Assembly: GCA_038087875.1 (NCBI GenBank)
Contig: CM075994.1
Location: forward strand, 8,928,001-8,992,000
Source of the DNA: Malacoraja senta
Lineage: Eukaryota
Direction: 5' to 3'
DNA: 64,000 bases
Positions 13,092 through 25,175 of the stretch are shown one piece after another. A program made the translations under genes and the position numbers. The notes beneath the pieces are model-generated. The model saw only the letters and a list, made by a program, of their open reading frames with translations. It was not told the DNA's origin and made no database searches. Every line of letters begins with the position of its first letter. Position 1 is the stretch's first letter.

Positions 13092-13733
13092 GTGCCCGAC
13101 CCACTGACGCGACCTAATTCGCGAGTTTAGAAGAGTTCGCCCTCGACTCATACCCACAGCATGGTCGACACGAGATCCAAGGAGGTCTTTGTAACTCTCC
13201 TTGATGCTCGAGAGTAGTCCCCGCGTACTCGAGGCCCCAGCAAGGTCGCACAGTATTTTTCAACATGCTGAAAAATGCCCGCGAGTAAAAATAGGTGCCA
13301 TGGAAAAAAAATCAATATTTTTTTACTGGTAGGTTTAGTCGAGGTAGGTCATAGTAGGTCGTAATGCTATCGTAGGTAATCGAAGGCAATCAAAGGTAAT
13401 CGAGGGTAGTCGAAGGTAAAGCTCGTTGAGAAAAAAAAGGTAAGTAAACCGACCGGTAATGTTAAATGGCCGCTAAACTTTATTAAAAGTTGTCTGGCTT
13501 CCTAAAAGTGTCTTCCCCCCTTCTCTCCCCTTCTCTCCCCTCTCTCCCCTTCTCTCCCCCTCTCTCCCCTTCTCTCTCTGCCCCCCCTCTCCGCGCTCTC
13601 TAAATGACTTACCATAACAGCCGTCTTTTACCTTCCTGTTCATCGTGGGTGTGAATTTCAGACAGCGCTCCCCAGCTTTTCCTGCCCCCCCCGCCTTTGC
13701 GATGTGTGCGTGTGCGTGTGCGTGTGCGTGTGC

Positions 13734-13764
<31 letters not shown>

Positions 13765-13908
13765 TGTGTGTGTGTGTGTGTGGTCGCTCGATCCAGCTCG
13801 CGGTTTCATCGCTGACGGTCGATCCAGCTCGAGGTTTTTCAGACGAGTGCCCTCGAGCTTGAAGGTCGAAGACAGTCGCTGAAAAGTCGCGTTAGTGGGA
13901 CAGGACCT
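13092..13908. mobile_element. Longer MITE of the GTGGGACAGG TIR family containing CT-rich and (TG)n/(TGCG)n microsatellites
   Basis: 3' end TAGTGGGACAGGACCT followed by TAA; degenerate matching 5' end. Confidence 0.6.
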
Positions 13909-14059
13909 TAACACCTCGCTACCAGGCACCCCATTCGCTTTTTAAAATTCTCGAATGACCTTTGACAAATCCAATGATTCCTTGCGTTTTTCGGAATACC
14001 GAAGTTGCATATTGTTCATTTGTCCCCCAATTTCCTTTAGCAATTCAGAAGACTGTTAC

Positions 14060-14094
14060 CTGTTGATTTTTCAGCGATGTATTGAAGGAATTGC
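14060..14094 (-). CDS. Gene A exon 5: 35-nt cytoplasmic exon QFLQYIAEKST
   Basis: TTTCCCCTTGTACAG acceptor and CAG|GTAACA donor; 19+35=54 nt keeps the frame between exons 3 and 6. Confidence 0.7.
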
Positions 14095-14260
14095 CTGTAC
14101 AAGGGGAAACATTTTTTTTTAGTAAATAGGTTTAACCGGAAGACATCACGTTAGTGTTTCAATTTGGCAGGAATTAGAGGACCGCAAGCGAAACAGTTAG
14201 TTTCCAATTCAGAAGGAACGCATGAGATAAATCACAAATTAATCTGACACGTCTACTTAC

Positions 14261-14279
14261 CTCTGAAGACCAAGACAAT
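14261..14279 (-). CDS. Gene A exon 4: 19-nt cytoplasmic micro-exon (D)CLGLQ(R)
   Basis: Strong acceptor TTTCTCTTTCTTTTGCAG and perfect GTAAGT donor in non-repetitive sequence; frame restored together with exon 5. Confidence 0.72.
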
Positions 14280-14809
14280 CTGCAAAAGAAAGAGAAATAT
14301 TAATGATAGCTAAAACTATGATAAGATCGATTGGAGTTTCTAACATCTTAAGACCAATGGTTGGCACTTCAATTTAGTTTAGTTTAGAGATACAGGCCGG
14401 TTCTCTGGATGCTTTCAAGAGAGAGCTAGATAGGGCTCTTAAAGATAGCGGAGTCAGGGGATATGGGGAGAAGGCAGGAACGGGGCAGTGATTGGGGATG
14501 ATCAGCCATGATCATATTGAACGGCGGTGTTGGCTCGAAGGGCCGAATGGCCTACTACTGCACCTATTGTCTATTGAAACTGGCCCTTTGGCCCATCGAG
14601 TCCACGCCAACCAGCGATCCCCGCACACCAGCACACACTACACATGCTGAAGACGGATCTCGACCCGAAACGTCACCTATTCCTTCTCTCCATAGATGCT
14701 GCCTCACCCGCTGAGTTTCTCCAGCATTCTTGTCTACCGACACACACTAGGGACACTTTATAATTTTTTACAGAATATAACTAACCTACAAACCTGTACG
14801 TTTCTGGAG

Positions 14810-15485
14810 TGTGAAGAAAGCGAATGGTATGTTGGCCTTCATAGCAAGAGGCTTTGAGTATAGGAGCAGGGAGGTTCTACTGCAGTTGTACAGGGTCTTG
14901 GTAAGACCACACCTGGAGTGCGTACAGAATTGCGTACAGTTTTGGTCTCCAAATCTGAGGAAGGACATTATAGCCATAGAGGGAGTGCAGAGAAGGTTCA
15001 CCAGACTGATTCCTGGGATGTCAGGACTTTCATATGAAGAAAGACTGGATAGACTTGGCTTATACTCGCTAGAATTTAGGAGATTGAGAGGGGATCTTAT
15101 AGAAACGTACAAAATTCTTATGGGGTTGGACAGGCTAGATGCAGGAAGATTGTTCCCGATGTTGGGGAAGTCCCGGACAAGGGGTCACAGCTTAAGGATA
15201 AGGGGGGAATCCTTTAAGACCGAGATGAGGACAAACTTTTTCACACAGAGTGGTGAATCTCTGGAACTCTCTGCCACAGAGGGTAGTTGAGGCCAGTTCA
15301 TTGGCTATATTTAAGAGGGAGTTAGATGTGGCCCTTGTGGCTAAAGGGATCAGAGGGTATGGAGAGAAGGCAGGTACGGGATACTGAGTTGGACGATCAG
15401 CCATGATCATATTGAATGGCGGTGCAGGCTCGAAGGGCCGAATGGCCTACTCCTGCACCTATTTTCTATGTATCTATGTATCTAT
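14810..15485 (+). mobile_element. CR1 3' end
   Basis: ORF 14811-15290. Confidence 0.85.
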
Positions 15486-16714
15486 GTGTGGGAGGAAACC
15501 GGTGCGCTTGGGAAAAACCCACGTGGTCATGGGGAGAACGTACAAAAAACTCCGTACAGACGGCACCGGTACCCGGGTCTCTTGTGCTGTGAGGCAGCAA
15601 CTCTACCGTTACTGCTCAACCACTCACTGTGATTATAACTTGCCGATTTTGTTTGGGTGAAATAATAGACAATAGACAATAGGTGCAGGAGTAGGCCATT
15701 CGGCCCTTCGAGGATAATGTTATGTTAAAACATTACAGCAAGTAAAATTATGAGAGCCATAGATAGGGTAGACAGTCAGAACCTTTATCCGAGGATGGAT
15801 AACTCAATTACGAGAGAGCGCAGCTTAAAGGTGAGAGGGGAAAAAAATAAATGAAACGTGCGGGGCAAGTTTTTTTACAGATAGGGCGAGTGCAACAATC
15901 TTCATTATAATTTAATCTCTAGTTTTGAGTACATGAATAATTCTAACATTTAATATTCTCCGGATAGTAATCAGGAAGTGGAATAGACAATAAAATATGT
16001 CATATTCTTAAATGTGTGTGGAAATTAACTTTGATATTTTAAATGTTGGATTCTCCGTGGATTGTCACCTTGTCCGTGGTGGAGAAGCTCGTGTGGTCCT
16101 GAGATCCTGAGAGAGATGCCGTCTGGAGCTATGCCACCCATGGTGGTAGGGTCGAGGGGGAGGACTCGGACAGAGAGCAATTCAACCAAGACCTCAACGG
16201 TGGAACAGGCGGAGGACGATGGCTGACCTTAGTGGAGCGTCACAACGGTTGGGAAGGTGGATGAAGGCTGCAGCAGAAAAGGGTCTCCGGTCGTCTTGGA
16301 CTCCATGCCACTGGATCCTGACCCAGATCTGTCAAGCGCCGTGGCGTGGCTGTCTGTGCACCAGTCTCCCCACGTTAAACGAAGTCACGCACAGGCGTCC
16401 CCCAACCCTGGAGACACCCATGGTCAGCCATGACCGAAGGGGGCTAAGAAGGAAGGCACTGCAGATGCTGGTTTAAATCGTAGACACAAAATGCTGGAGT
16501 AACTCAGCGGGACAGGCAGCATCTCTGGAGAGAAGGAATCGGTGACGTTTGAGGTCGAGACCCTTCTTCAGACATTTCAGATTCAGATATTTTGTAAATC
16601 AAATCATCTGGATGTACAACGAAAGGAAGGATGCCATTGTTGGAAAGAGTGCAGAAGAGATTCACCGGGATGTTACCCAGGCCTGTGGGCTTGAGGCACG
16701 CAGAGGTTGTTGGA

Positions 16715-17330
16715 CAGACAATAGACAATAGGTGCAGGAGTAGGCCATTCAGCCCTTCGAGCCAGCACCGCCATTCAATGAGATCATGGCTGATCATCCC
16801 CAATCAGTACCCCGTTCCCGCCTTCTCCCCATATCCCCTGACTCCGCTATCTTTAAGAGCCCTATCTAACTCTCTCTTGAAAGTATCCAGAGAAACAGCC
16901 TCCACCGCCCTCTGAGGCAGAGAATTCCACAGACTCACAACTCTCTGTGAGAAAAAGTGTTCCCTCGTCTCCGTTCTAAATGGCTTACTCCTTACTCTTA
17001 AACTGTGGCCCCTGGTTCTGGACTCCCCCAACATCGGGCACATGTTTCCTGCCTCCAGCGTGTCCAAACCCTTAATAATCTTATATGTTTCAATAAGATC
17101 TCCCCTCATCCTTCTAAATTCCAGAGTATACAAGCCCAGCCACTCCATTCTCTCAGAAAATAACAATCCCGCCATCCCGGGAATTAACCTGGTGAACCTA
17201 CGCTGCACTCCCTCAATAGCAAGAATGTCTTTTCTCAAATTAGGGGACCAAAACTGCACACAATACTCCAGGTGTGGTCTCACTAGGGCCCTGTACAACT
17301 GCAGAAGGAACTCCTTGCTCCTATACTGGA
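16715..17330 (-). mobile_element. CR1/HER1-like 3' end
   Basis: ORF 16804-17406. Confidence 0.85.
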
Positions 17331-18849
17331 CTCTGGATTGGATGGGACTTTTTACTTTGGAGCCGAGGAGGCTGAGGGGTGACCTCATTGAAGTGTACAA
17401 ATTCATGAGTGGTCGGGATAAAGTCGATGGTCAGTGTCTTAATAGCGCAGCGGTAGAGTTGCCGCCTTGCATCATTGCTGCGCTGGAGAACCCGGGTTCG
17501 ATCCCTACTACGGGTGCTGTCTGGACGGAGCTTGTACCTTCTCCCCGTGACCTGCGGGGCCTTTCTCCGAGATCCTCGGTTTCCTCCCACACCCCAAAGA
17601 CGTTCGGCCTTGTAGGTTATTTGGCTTCGTATAAATGGAGGATGAGGGGTGATCTTATAGAGGTGTACAAAATCATGAGAGGAATAGGAATGATGATGAA
17701 AGGTGTACAAAGTCAACACCTCACCCCTGAGCTCTCTGCTACCCTCATGCTGAACCAATCCACTCACTTTTAAAGTTCACACATTTTTTTATTTCTATAT
17801 GTGTGGGTGGGTGTGTGTAGTGTTTGTGTCTGTTTGCAGTCAGTGCTGGTCACACTGACCCAATCTTACCGGAAATCGCCCCCTGGTCTCACGCACTTCC
17901 CATTCTCTCTCAAACCCCCACATAGTACAGTAGAACAGTAGAGAAGAAGTGTCTCGACTGATTGTGGATGATCAGCCATGATCACATTGAATGGCGGTGC
18001 TGGCTCGAAGGGCCGAATGGCCAACTCCTGCACCCATTGTCTATTGTCTACTGACCCGAAACGTCGCCCATTCCTTCTCTCCAGAGATGCTGCCTCAACC
18101 GCTGAGTTACTCCAGCATTTCATGTCTACCTCCGATTTAAACCAGCATCTGCAGTTCTTTCTTACAGATAACAGTATTGGTGTTGGGAGGTCATGTTGCA
18201 GTTGTATAAGACGTTGGTGCGACCGCATTTAGAATACTGTGTTCAGTTCTGGCCACCATGTTATAGGAAAGATATTGTCCAGCTTGAAAGGGTTTAGTAA
18301 AGATTTACGAGGATGTTGCCAGGACTAGATGGTCTGAGCTATAGAGGAGGTTGAGTAGGCTGGGTCTCTATTCCCTGGGGCACAGGAGGATGAGGGGTGA
18401 TTTTATGGAGGTGTATAACATCATGAGAGGAATAGATCGAGTAGATCCACAGAATCCCTTACCCAGAGTAGGGGAATCGAGAAGCACAGGACATATGTAT
18501 AAGGTGAAGGGGCAAAGGAATCTGAGGGGCAACTTTTTCAAACACAGGGTGGTGGGTGTATTGAACAAGCTGCCTAAGGAGGTAGTTGAGGCTGGGACTA
18601 TCCCAACGTTTAAGAAACAGTTAGGTAAATGGGGAGCTGAGACATGCGTGAGGTGTTGCATTTTGTGAAGTCTAACATGGGCAAGACCTACATGGTGAAT
18701 GGTAGGGCTCTGGGGAGTGTTTGTCGATCAGAGGGATCTCGGAGTTCAGGTGCATAGTTCCTTGAAAGTGGCATCGCAGGTAGTTAGGGTGGTCAAAAAA
18801 GGCTTTCGGTACATTGGCCTTCATCAGTCAGCTGGGACCTGTGTTGGCC

Positions 18850-19400
18850 AGTGTGGGAAGTAGGGCCGAATGGCCTGTTTCCACACTGTATCACTCTATG
18901 ACTATGATAGAGAGTTTAGAGGGAAATTGGCCAAACACAGGCAGGTGGGACTAGTGTAGATGGGGCATGTTGGCCGGCGTGGGCAAGTTGGCTAAAGGGC
19001 CTGTTTCTACACTGAGTCACTGTATGACTCTATGAATCTATGATAGAGGGTTTACAGGGATATGGGCCAAACACAGGAAGGTGGACTAGTGTAGATGGGG
19101 CATGTTGGCCGGTGTGGGAAAGTTGGGCCAAAGGGCCTGTTTCCACACTGCATCATTCTATGACTCTGCGATAGAGGGTTTAGAGAGAAATGGGCCAAAC
19201 ACAGGCAGGTGGGACTGGTGTAGCTGGGACATGTTGGCCTGTGTGGGCAAGTTGGGCCCAACGGCCTGTTTCCACACTGTATCACTCTATGAATCTATGA
19301 TAGAGGGTTTAGATGGATATGGGCCAAACGCAGATAGGTGGGACTAGTGTAGCCGCCGGTATGGGCAAGTTCGGCTGAAGGGTCTGTTTCACGCTGCATC
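18850..19400. repeat. Paralogous tandem array in gene A (5 anchors)
   Basis: GGCCTGTTTCCACACTG-like anchors near 18871, 18998, 19134, 19262 and 19381. Confidence 0.85.
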
Positions 19401-19423
19401 ACTCGATGACTCTACGACCATAC

Positions 19424-19555
19424 CTTTAATGCTTCGCCGAAGTCGCAGAGACACAATAATTAATGCGATGACCAGTGCAGCCCCAACTCCAACAGATACT
19501 CCAATGAATATAATGTTAATGGGTTGGCACGAAGCAACAGTCTGAGAGGAGGCAC
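19424..19555 (-). CDS. Gene A exon 3: stalk and transmembrane (R)ASSQTVASCQPINIIFIGVSVGVGAALVIALIIVSLRLRRSIK
   Basis: TTTTAG acceptor and G|GTATGG donor; 132 nt, phase 1-1; about 23 hydrophobic residues followed by an RLRR stop-transfer; near-identical inverted copy at 48890-49021. Confidence 0.92.
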
Positions 19556-20459
19556 CTAAAATATAATCAAACAAACATCAGTCTTCCCGCAAATGTTTAG
19601 TTCACATTAGTATATTGTCACGTGTACCGAGTGAAAAGCTTTAGTTGCGTGCTAACCAGTCAGCAGTAAGACAACACATGATTACAATCGAGCCATTTAC
19701 AGTGTAGAGTTACATGATAGGGGAATAACGTTTAGTACAAGGCAAAGCCTTCAAGCCGGAAGTCTGCACAGAGTTCACAAGGTTCCCATTCAATCAAATA
19801 TTTTATAGACAATAGACAATAGGTGCAGGAGGAGGCCATTCGACCCTTCCAGCCAGCACCGCCATTCAATGTGATCATGGCTGATCATCCACAATCAGTA
19901 CCCCGTTCCTGCCTTCTCCCCATATCCCCTGACTCCGCTATCTTTAAGAGCCCCATCTAGCTCTCTCTTGAAAGTATCCAGAGAACCGGCCTCCACCGAG
20001 GCAGAGAAGTAAGATTTGATTCAATGGTGGACTGTCAGTTTGGAAGCTTTACATTTCACAACAGTGCTTCATATCATTATGTCAACGGTCCAGATATGTG
20101 GCCGCGGTAGAGTTGCAGCCTCACAGCGCCAGAGACCCGGGTTCGATCCTGACTACGGGCGCTGTCTGTACGGAGTTTGTACGTTCTCCCTGTGACCTGC
20201 GTGGGTTTCCTCCGGGTGCTCCGGTTTCCTCCCACATTCCAAAGTGTTTGTAGGTTAATTGGCTTCGGTTCAATGGTAAATACCCCGAGTGTGTTTAGGA
20301 CTGGACTTGTGTACGGGATGATTGCTGGTCAGGCGGACTCGCTGTATCTCTAAAGTGTGGGAGATTAATGAGGCCAGTATTATAACAGTTGGACAGTTTT
20401 GAGGGATATGGGGCAAACGCGGAAAATGGCACTCGCTTTGAATCGGTCGGCATGTAGAA

Positions 20460-21092
20460 GTTGGGTCATAACAAGGGGAGTTGAGTATAGGAGCAAAGAG
20501 GTCCTTCTGCAGTTGTACAGGGCCCTAGTGAGACCACGCCTGGAGCATTGTGTACAGTTTTGGTCCCCTAAATTTGAGGAAGGACATTCTTGCTATTGAG
20601 GGAGTGCAGCGTAGGTTCACCAGGTTAATTCCCGGGATGGCGGGACTGTCATATGCTGAGAGAATGGAGCGGCTGGGCTTGTACACTCTGGAGTTTAGAA
20701 GGATGAGAGGTGATCTTATTGAAACATATAAGATTATTAAGGGTTTGGACACGCTAGATAGAGGCAGGAAACATGTTCCCGATGTTGGGGGTGTCCAGAA
20801 CCAGGGGCCACACAGTGTAAGAATAAGGGGTAAGCAATTTAGAACGGAGACGAGAAAACACTTTTTCTCACAGAGAGTTGTGAGTCTGTGGAATTCTCCG
20901 CCTCAGAGGGCGGTGGAGGCCGGTTTTCTGGATACTTTCAAGAGAGAGCTAGATAGGGCTCTTAAAGATAGCGGAGTCAGGGGATATGAGGAGAAGGCAG
21001 GAACGGGGTACTAATTGGGGATGATCAGCCATGATCACATTGAATGGCGGTGCTGGCTCGAAGGTCCAAAGGGCCTACTCCTGCACCAATTG
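20460..21092 (+). mobile_element. CR1/HER1-like 3' end in gene A intron 2
   Basis: ORF 20550-21014. Confidence 0.85.
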
Positions 21093-21394
21093 NNNNNNNN
21101 NNNNNNNNNNNNNNNNNNNNNNNNNNNNNNNNNNNNNNNNNNNNNNNNNNNNNNNNNNNNNNNNNNNNNNNNNNNNNNNNNNNNNNNNNNNNNNNNNNNN
21201 NNNNNNNNNNNNNNNNNNNNNNNNNNNNNNNNNNNNNNNNNNNNNNNNNNNNNNNNNNNNNNNNNNNNNNNNNNNNNNNNNNNNNNNNNNNNNNNNNNNN
21301 NNNNNNNNNNNNNNNNNNNNNNNNNNNNNNNNNNNNNNNNNNNNNNNNNNNNNNNNNNNNNNNNNNNNCGTGCAGCATTGAGAGAAAGGCTTAC

Positions 21395-21715
21395 GCGTTA
21401 CGGTCACTTTGGTTCCTTTGCTCTTCACATTGGTTCCCAAGGTCTCCACTTTGCAGTAATAGTTCCCAGAATCGCACTCGGTGAGTTTCGTGATGCTCAG
21501 CGATGCCACCTGCATTTTGTTAAGGGTTTGGTGCCCCACTCTCACTCTGTTGAGGTACATCGGCGCGCTCTGTGAAATCACCCGCTCATCTTTATACCAA
21601 GTGAAGGTCATGCCTCCTGCAATATCGGCGGTACAGTTCATAACCAGCACCTCGCCTTCAACCAGTCTCGCCGTATCTGGTGTCAGCTGAACCTGGCCAT
21701 TTAGTGATCGCGCCC
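21395..21715 (-). CDS. Gene A exon 2: Ig V-type (VJ) domain ARSLNGQVQLTPDTARLVEGEVLVMNC...FTWYKD...TECDSGNYYCKVETLGTNVKSKGTKVTVT
   Basis: Pyrimidine tract plus AAACAG acceptor and C|GTAAG donor; 321 nt, phase 1-1; canonical B-strand Cys, C-strand Trp, DxGxYxC and xGTxVxV G strand. Confidence 0.95.
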
Positions 21716-21784
21716 CTGTTTAGTAAGAAGCGAGAGAGAGTAATAGATCGGGTAGATGCACAGAGTCTCTTGCCCAGAGTAGGT

Positions 21785-23560
21785 CAATAGACAATAGACA
21801 ACAGACAACAGGTGCAGGAGTAGGCCATTCGGCCCTTCGAGCCTGCGCCGCCATTCAATGTGATCATGGCTGATCATCCCCAATCAGTACCCCGTTCCTG
21901 CCTTCTCCCCATATCCCCCCGACTCCGCTATCTTTAAGAGTCCTATCTAGCTCTCTCTTGAAAGTATCCAGAGAACCGGCCCCCACCGCCCTCTGAGGCA
22001 GAGAATTCCACAGACTCACAACTGTCTGTGAGAAAAAGTGTTTCTTCGTCTCCGTTCTAAATGGCCGACCCTTATTTCTTAAACTGTGGACCCTGGCTCT
22101 GGACTCATCCAATATCGGGAACATGTTTCCTGCCTCTAGCGTGTCCAAACCCCTAATAAACTTATATATTTCAAAAATATACCCTCTCATCTTTCTAAAT
22201 TACAGAGTATACAACCCCAGCTGCTCCATTCTCTCAGCATATGACAGTCCCGCCATCCCGGGAATTACCTGGTAAACCTACGCTGCACTCCCTCAATGGC
22301 AAGAATGTCCTTCCTCAAATTAGGAGACCAAAACTGCACACAATACTCCAGGTGTGGTATCACCAGGACCCTGTAAAACCAAAGGACATAGGTTGAAGGT
22401 GAAGGGGAAAAGATGAGATATTACAGTTCTTGGTTCTTGGTTTCCTGGTCATCCAAAAATATTCCAAATGGAATTTAAACTGGAGGTGGCGGAGGGTGGA
22501 CAAGCAAAAAAGGGTTATTTTTTCTCCAAGAAGAGCTACCTTAAATTTAGTTGCGCCTGGTTGGGTAACTATGGTAGGGTGAAGACTATTCCATGCTTTA
22601 ATTGTGTGGGGGAAGAATGAATTGCTGTACACATCTGTCTTGGTAGCTGTTATCTCAATTTGGATCGAATGCCCTCGTCTGCTGCTAATAGACAATAGAC
22701 AATAGACAATGGGTGCAGGAGTAGGCCATTCGGCTTTCCATAGAAACATAGAAACATAATAATATGTGCAGGAGGACGCCATCCGGCCCTTCGAGCCAGT
22801 ATCGCCATTCATTGGGGACCATCATGGCTGATCGTCCCCAATCAATGACCCGTGCTTGCCTTCTCCCCATATCCCTTCATCCCACTAGCCCCTAGAGCTC
22901 TATCTAACTCTCTCTTAAATCCATCCAGTGACTTGGCCTCCACTGCCCTCTGTGGCAGGGAATTCCACAAATTCACAACTCTCTGGGTGAAAACGTTTTT
23001 TCTCACCTCAGTCTTAAATGGCCTCCCCTTTATTCTAAGACTGTGTGTGGCCCCCTGGTTCTGGACTCGCCCAACATTGGGAACATTTTCCTGGATCTAG
23101 CTTGTCCAGTCCTTTTATAATTTTATATGTTTCTATAAGATCCCCCCTCATCCTTCTAAACTCCAGTGAATACAAGCCTAGTCTTTTCAATCTTTCCTCA
23201 TATGACAGTCCCGCCATCCCAGGGATCAATCTCGTGAACCTACGCTGCACTGCCTCAATCACAAGGATGTCCTTCCTCAAATTAGGAGACCAAAACTGGA
23301 CACAATACTCCAGATGTGGTTTTCGAGCCAGCAGCGCCATTCAATGTGATCATGGGTGATCATCCCCAATCAGTACCCCGTTCCTGCCATCTCCCCATAT
23401 CCCCCGACTCCGCTATCTTTAAGAGCCCTATCTAGCTCTCTCTTGAAAGTATCCAGGGAACCGGCCTCCACCGCCCTCTGAGGCAGAGAATTTCACAGAC
23501 TCACAACCCTCTGTGTGAAAAAGTGTTTCCTCGTCTCCGTTCTAAATGGCTTACTCCTTA
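21785..23560 (-). mobile_element. Cluster of CR1 3' fragments plus an older LINE tail (SFFPHTIKAWNSL) in gene A intron 1
   Basis: ORFs 21864-22190, 22360-22812 and 23035-23340. Confidence 0.75.
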
Positions 23561-25175
23561 TTCTTAAACTATATTCTTAAAGGTTGGGGTTCGGTGTAGG
23601 TTTGGTAATCTATGTCGAGCTGACCATTTAACATTTTGTAAAAACAGGTCACACGTTGAGCATTGGGTCTGTCTTGGAGAGGGTTCCACCCCGACAAGTG
23701 AATTCAGAAGTTTGGCAACACTCGCTTCTCTCTCAAAGGTATTAGTAAAACATCGTTGTATAAGACGTTGGTGAGGCCAACAATAAGAGTATTGTGTTGT
23801 ACTGGGCACCACGTAATAGGAAAGATATTGTCAAGCTGGAAAGGGAACAGAGAAGATTTACGAGGATGTTGCCAGGACTAGAGGGTGTGAGCTACCGGGA
23901 GAGGCTGAGCGGGCTGGGACTCTATTTCTTGGAGCGCAGGAGGATGTGGGGTGAACTTATAGAGATGCATAAAATCGTGAGAGGAATAGATCGGGTAGAC
24001 GCACAGAGCTTTACCCGGTGTAGGGAAATTGAGGACCAGAGGACATAGGTTTTAGGTGAAGGGGAAAGATTTAATAGGAATCTGAGGGGAAACCTGTTCA
24101 CACAGAGGGTGGTGGGTGTATGGAACGAGCTGCCGGAGGAGGTAGTTGAGGCTGGGACTATCCCAACAGTTAGACAGGTACATGGGTAGGGCAGGTTTGG
24201 AAGGATATAGACACAACGTGGGCAGGTGTGACTAGTGTAGCTGGGACACGTTGGCCGCTGCGGGTAAGTTGGGCCCGAGGGCCTGTTTCCACGCTGTATC
24301 ACTCTATGACTCTATATGACTCCTATACCACGCTGTCCTTGCTTCCATTTTAGTTTATTGGCCCCAGAACATGAAGCAAAGACCAGTGATGTGCATCTCT
24401 GGAGAAAAGGAATAGGTAACGTTTCGGGTCGAGACCCTTCTTCAGACTGAGAATCGCGGGAAAGGGAAACTAGAGACATAGCGGATGATGCAGAGAGATA
24501 TACGGGAGGGGTGGGGGCAGGGGTGAAGTGGGGGGGGGGGGGGAGAACGAGCAAACGACATCAACACGGCAGAGTTAATCTTATGGGCGAGAATAAGGGG
24601 TAAGCCATTTAGAACGGAGATGAGGGAACACTTTTTCACCCAGAAAGTGGTGAGTCTGTGGAATTCTCTGCCTCAGAGGGCGGTGGAGGCCGGTTGTCTG
24701 GATGCTTTCAAGAGAGAGCTAGATAGGGCTCTTAAAAATAGCGGAGTCAGGGGATATGGGGAGAAGGCAGGAACGGGGTACTGATTGGGGATGATCAGCC
24801 ATGATCACATTGAATGGCGGTGCCAGCTCGAAGGGCCGAATGGCCTACTCCTGCACCTATTGTGTATTGTCTATTGTCTATATGTAACTTTGCAATGAAC
24901 GTTATGACATTCACTTTAAGAAACAACTGCAGATGCTGGAAAAATCGAAGGTGGACAAAAATGCTGGAGTAACTCAGCGGGTGAGGCAGCATCAATGCAG
25001 CGAAGGAATTGGTGACGTTTCGGGTCGGGACCCTTCATCAGACGAGGGGTCTCTTCTTCTGAGGAAAGGTCTCGACCCGAAACGTCACCTATTCCTTCGC
25101 TCTATAGATGCTGCCTCACCCGCTGAGTTTCTCCAGCATTTTTGTCTACCTTTTATGACATTCAGTGTGTCTTAC

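Noticed and set aside
12306-13117. Several overlapping Gly/Ala/Arg/Pro-rich ORFs
   Set aside because: Expected from stop-poor GC-rich sequence; no domain or splice support.
17866-17905. Possible extra cytoplasmic exon ending at TTCCG|GTAAGA
   Set aside because: No polypyrimidine acceptor, the inverted copy at the window start differs by a 1-nt indel, and the gene model is in frame without it.
18850-19400. Regular repeats resembling a CRISPR array (also 49040-50110 and 54308-54745)
   Set aside because: Units are degenerate copies of LINE 3' ends without unique spacers, in a eukaryotic context with no cas genes.
21369-21400. Rearranging TCR/Ig/IgNAR V segment
   Set aside because: No RSS heptamer/nonamer at the exon end, the G strand is in the same exon, and the next exon is stalk/TM rather than a C domain (a gap in intron 2 is the caveat).
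21395-21715. Assigning a gene symbol (CD28, ICOS, CTLA4, NCR3, TMIGD2)
   Set aside because: Features are mixed: no MYPPPY/FDPPPF loop and no TM Arg, but a YxxM tail. Orthology cannot be established without phylogeny and synteny.
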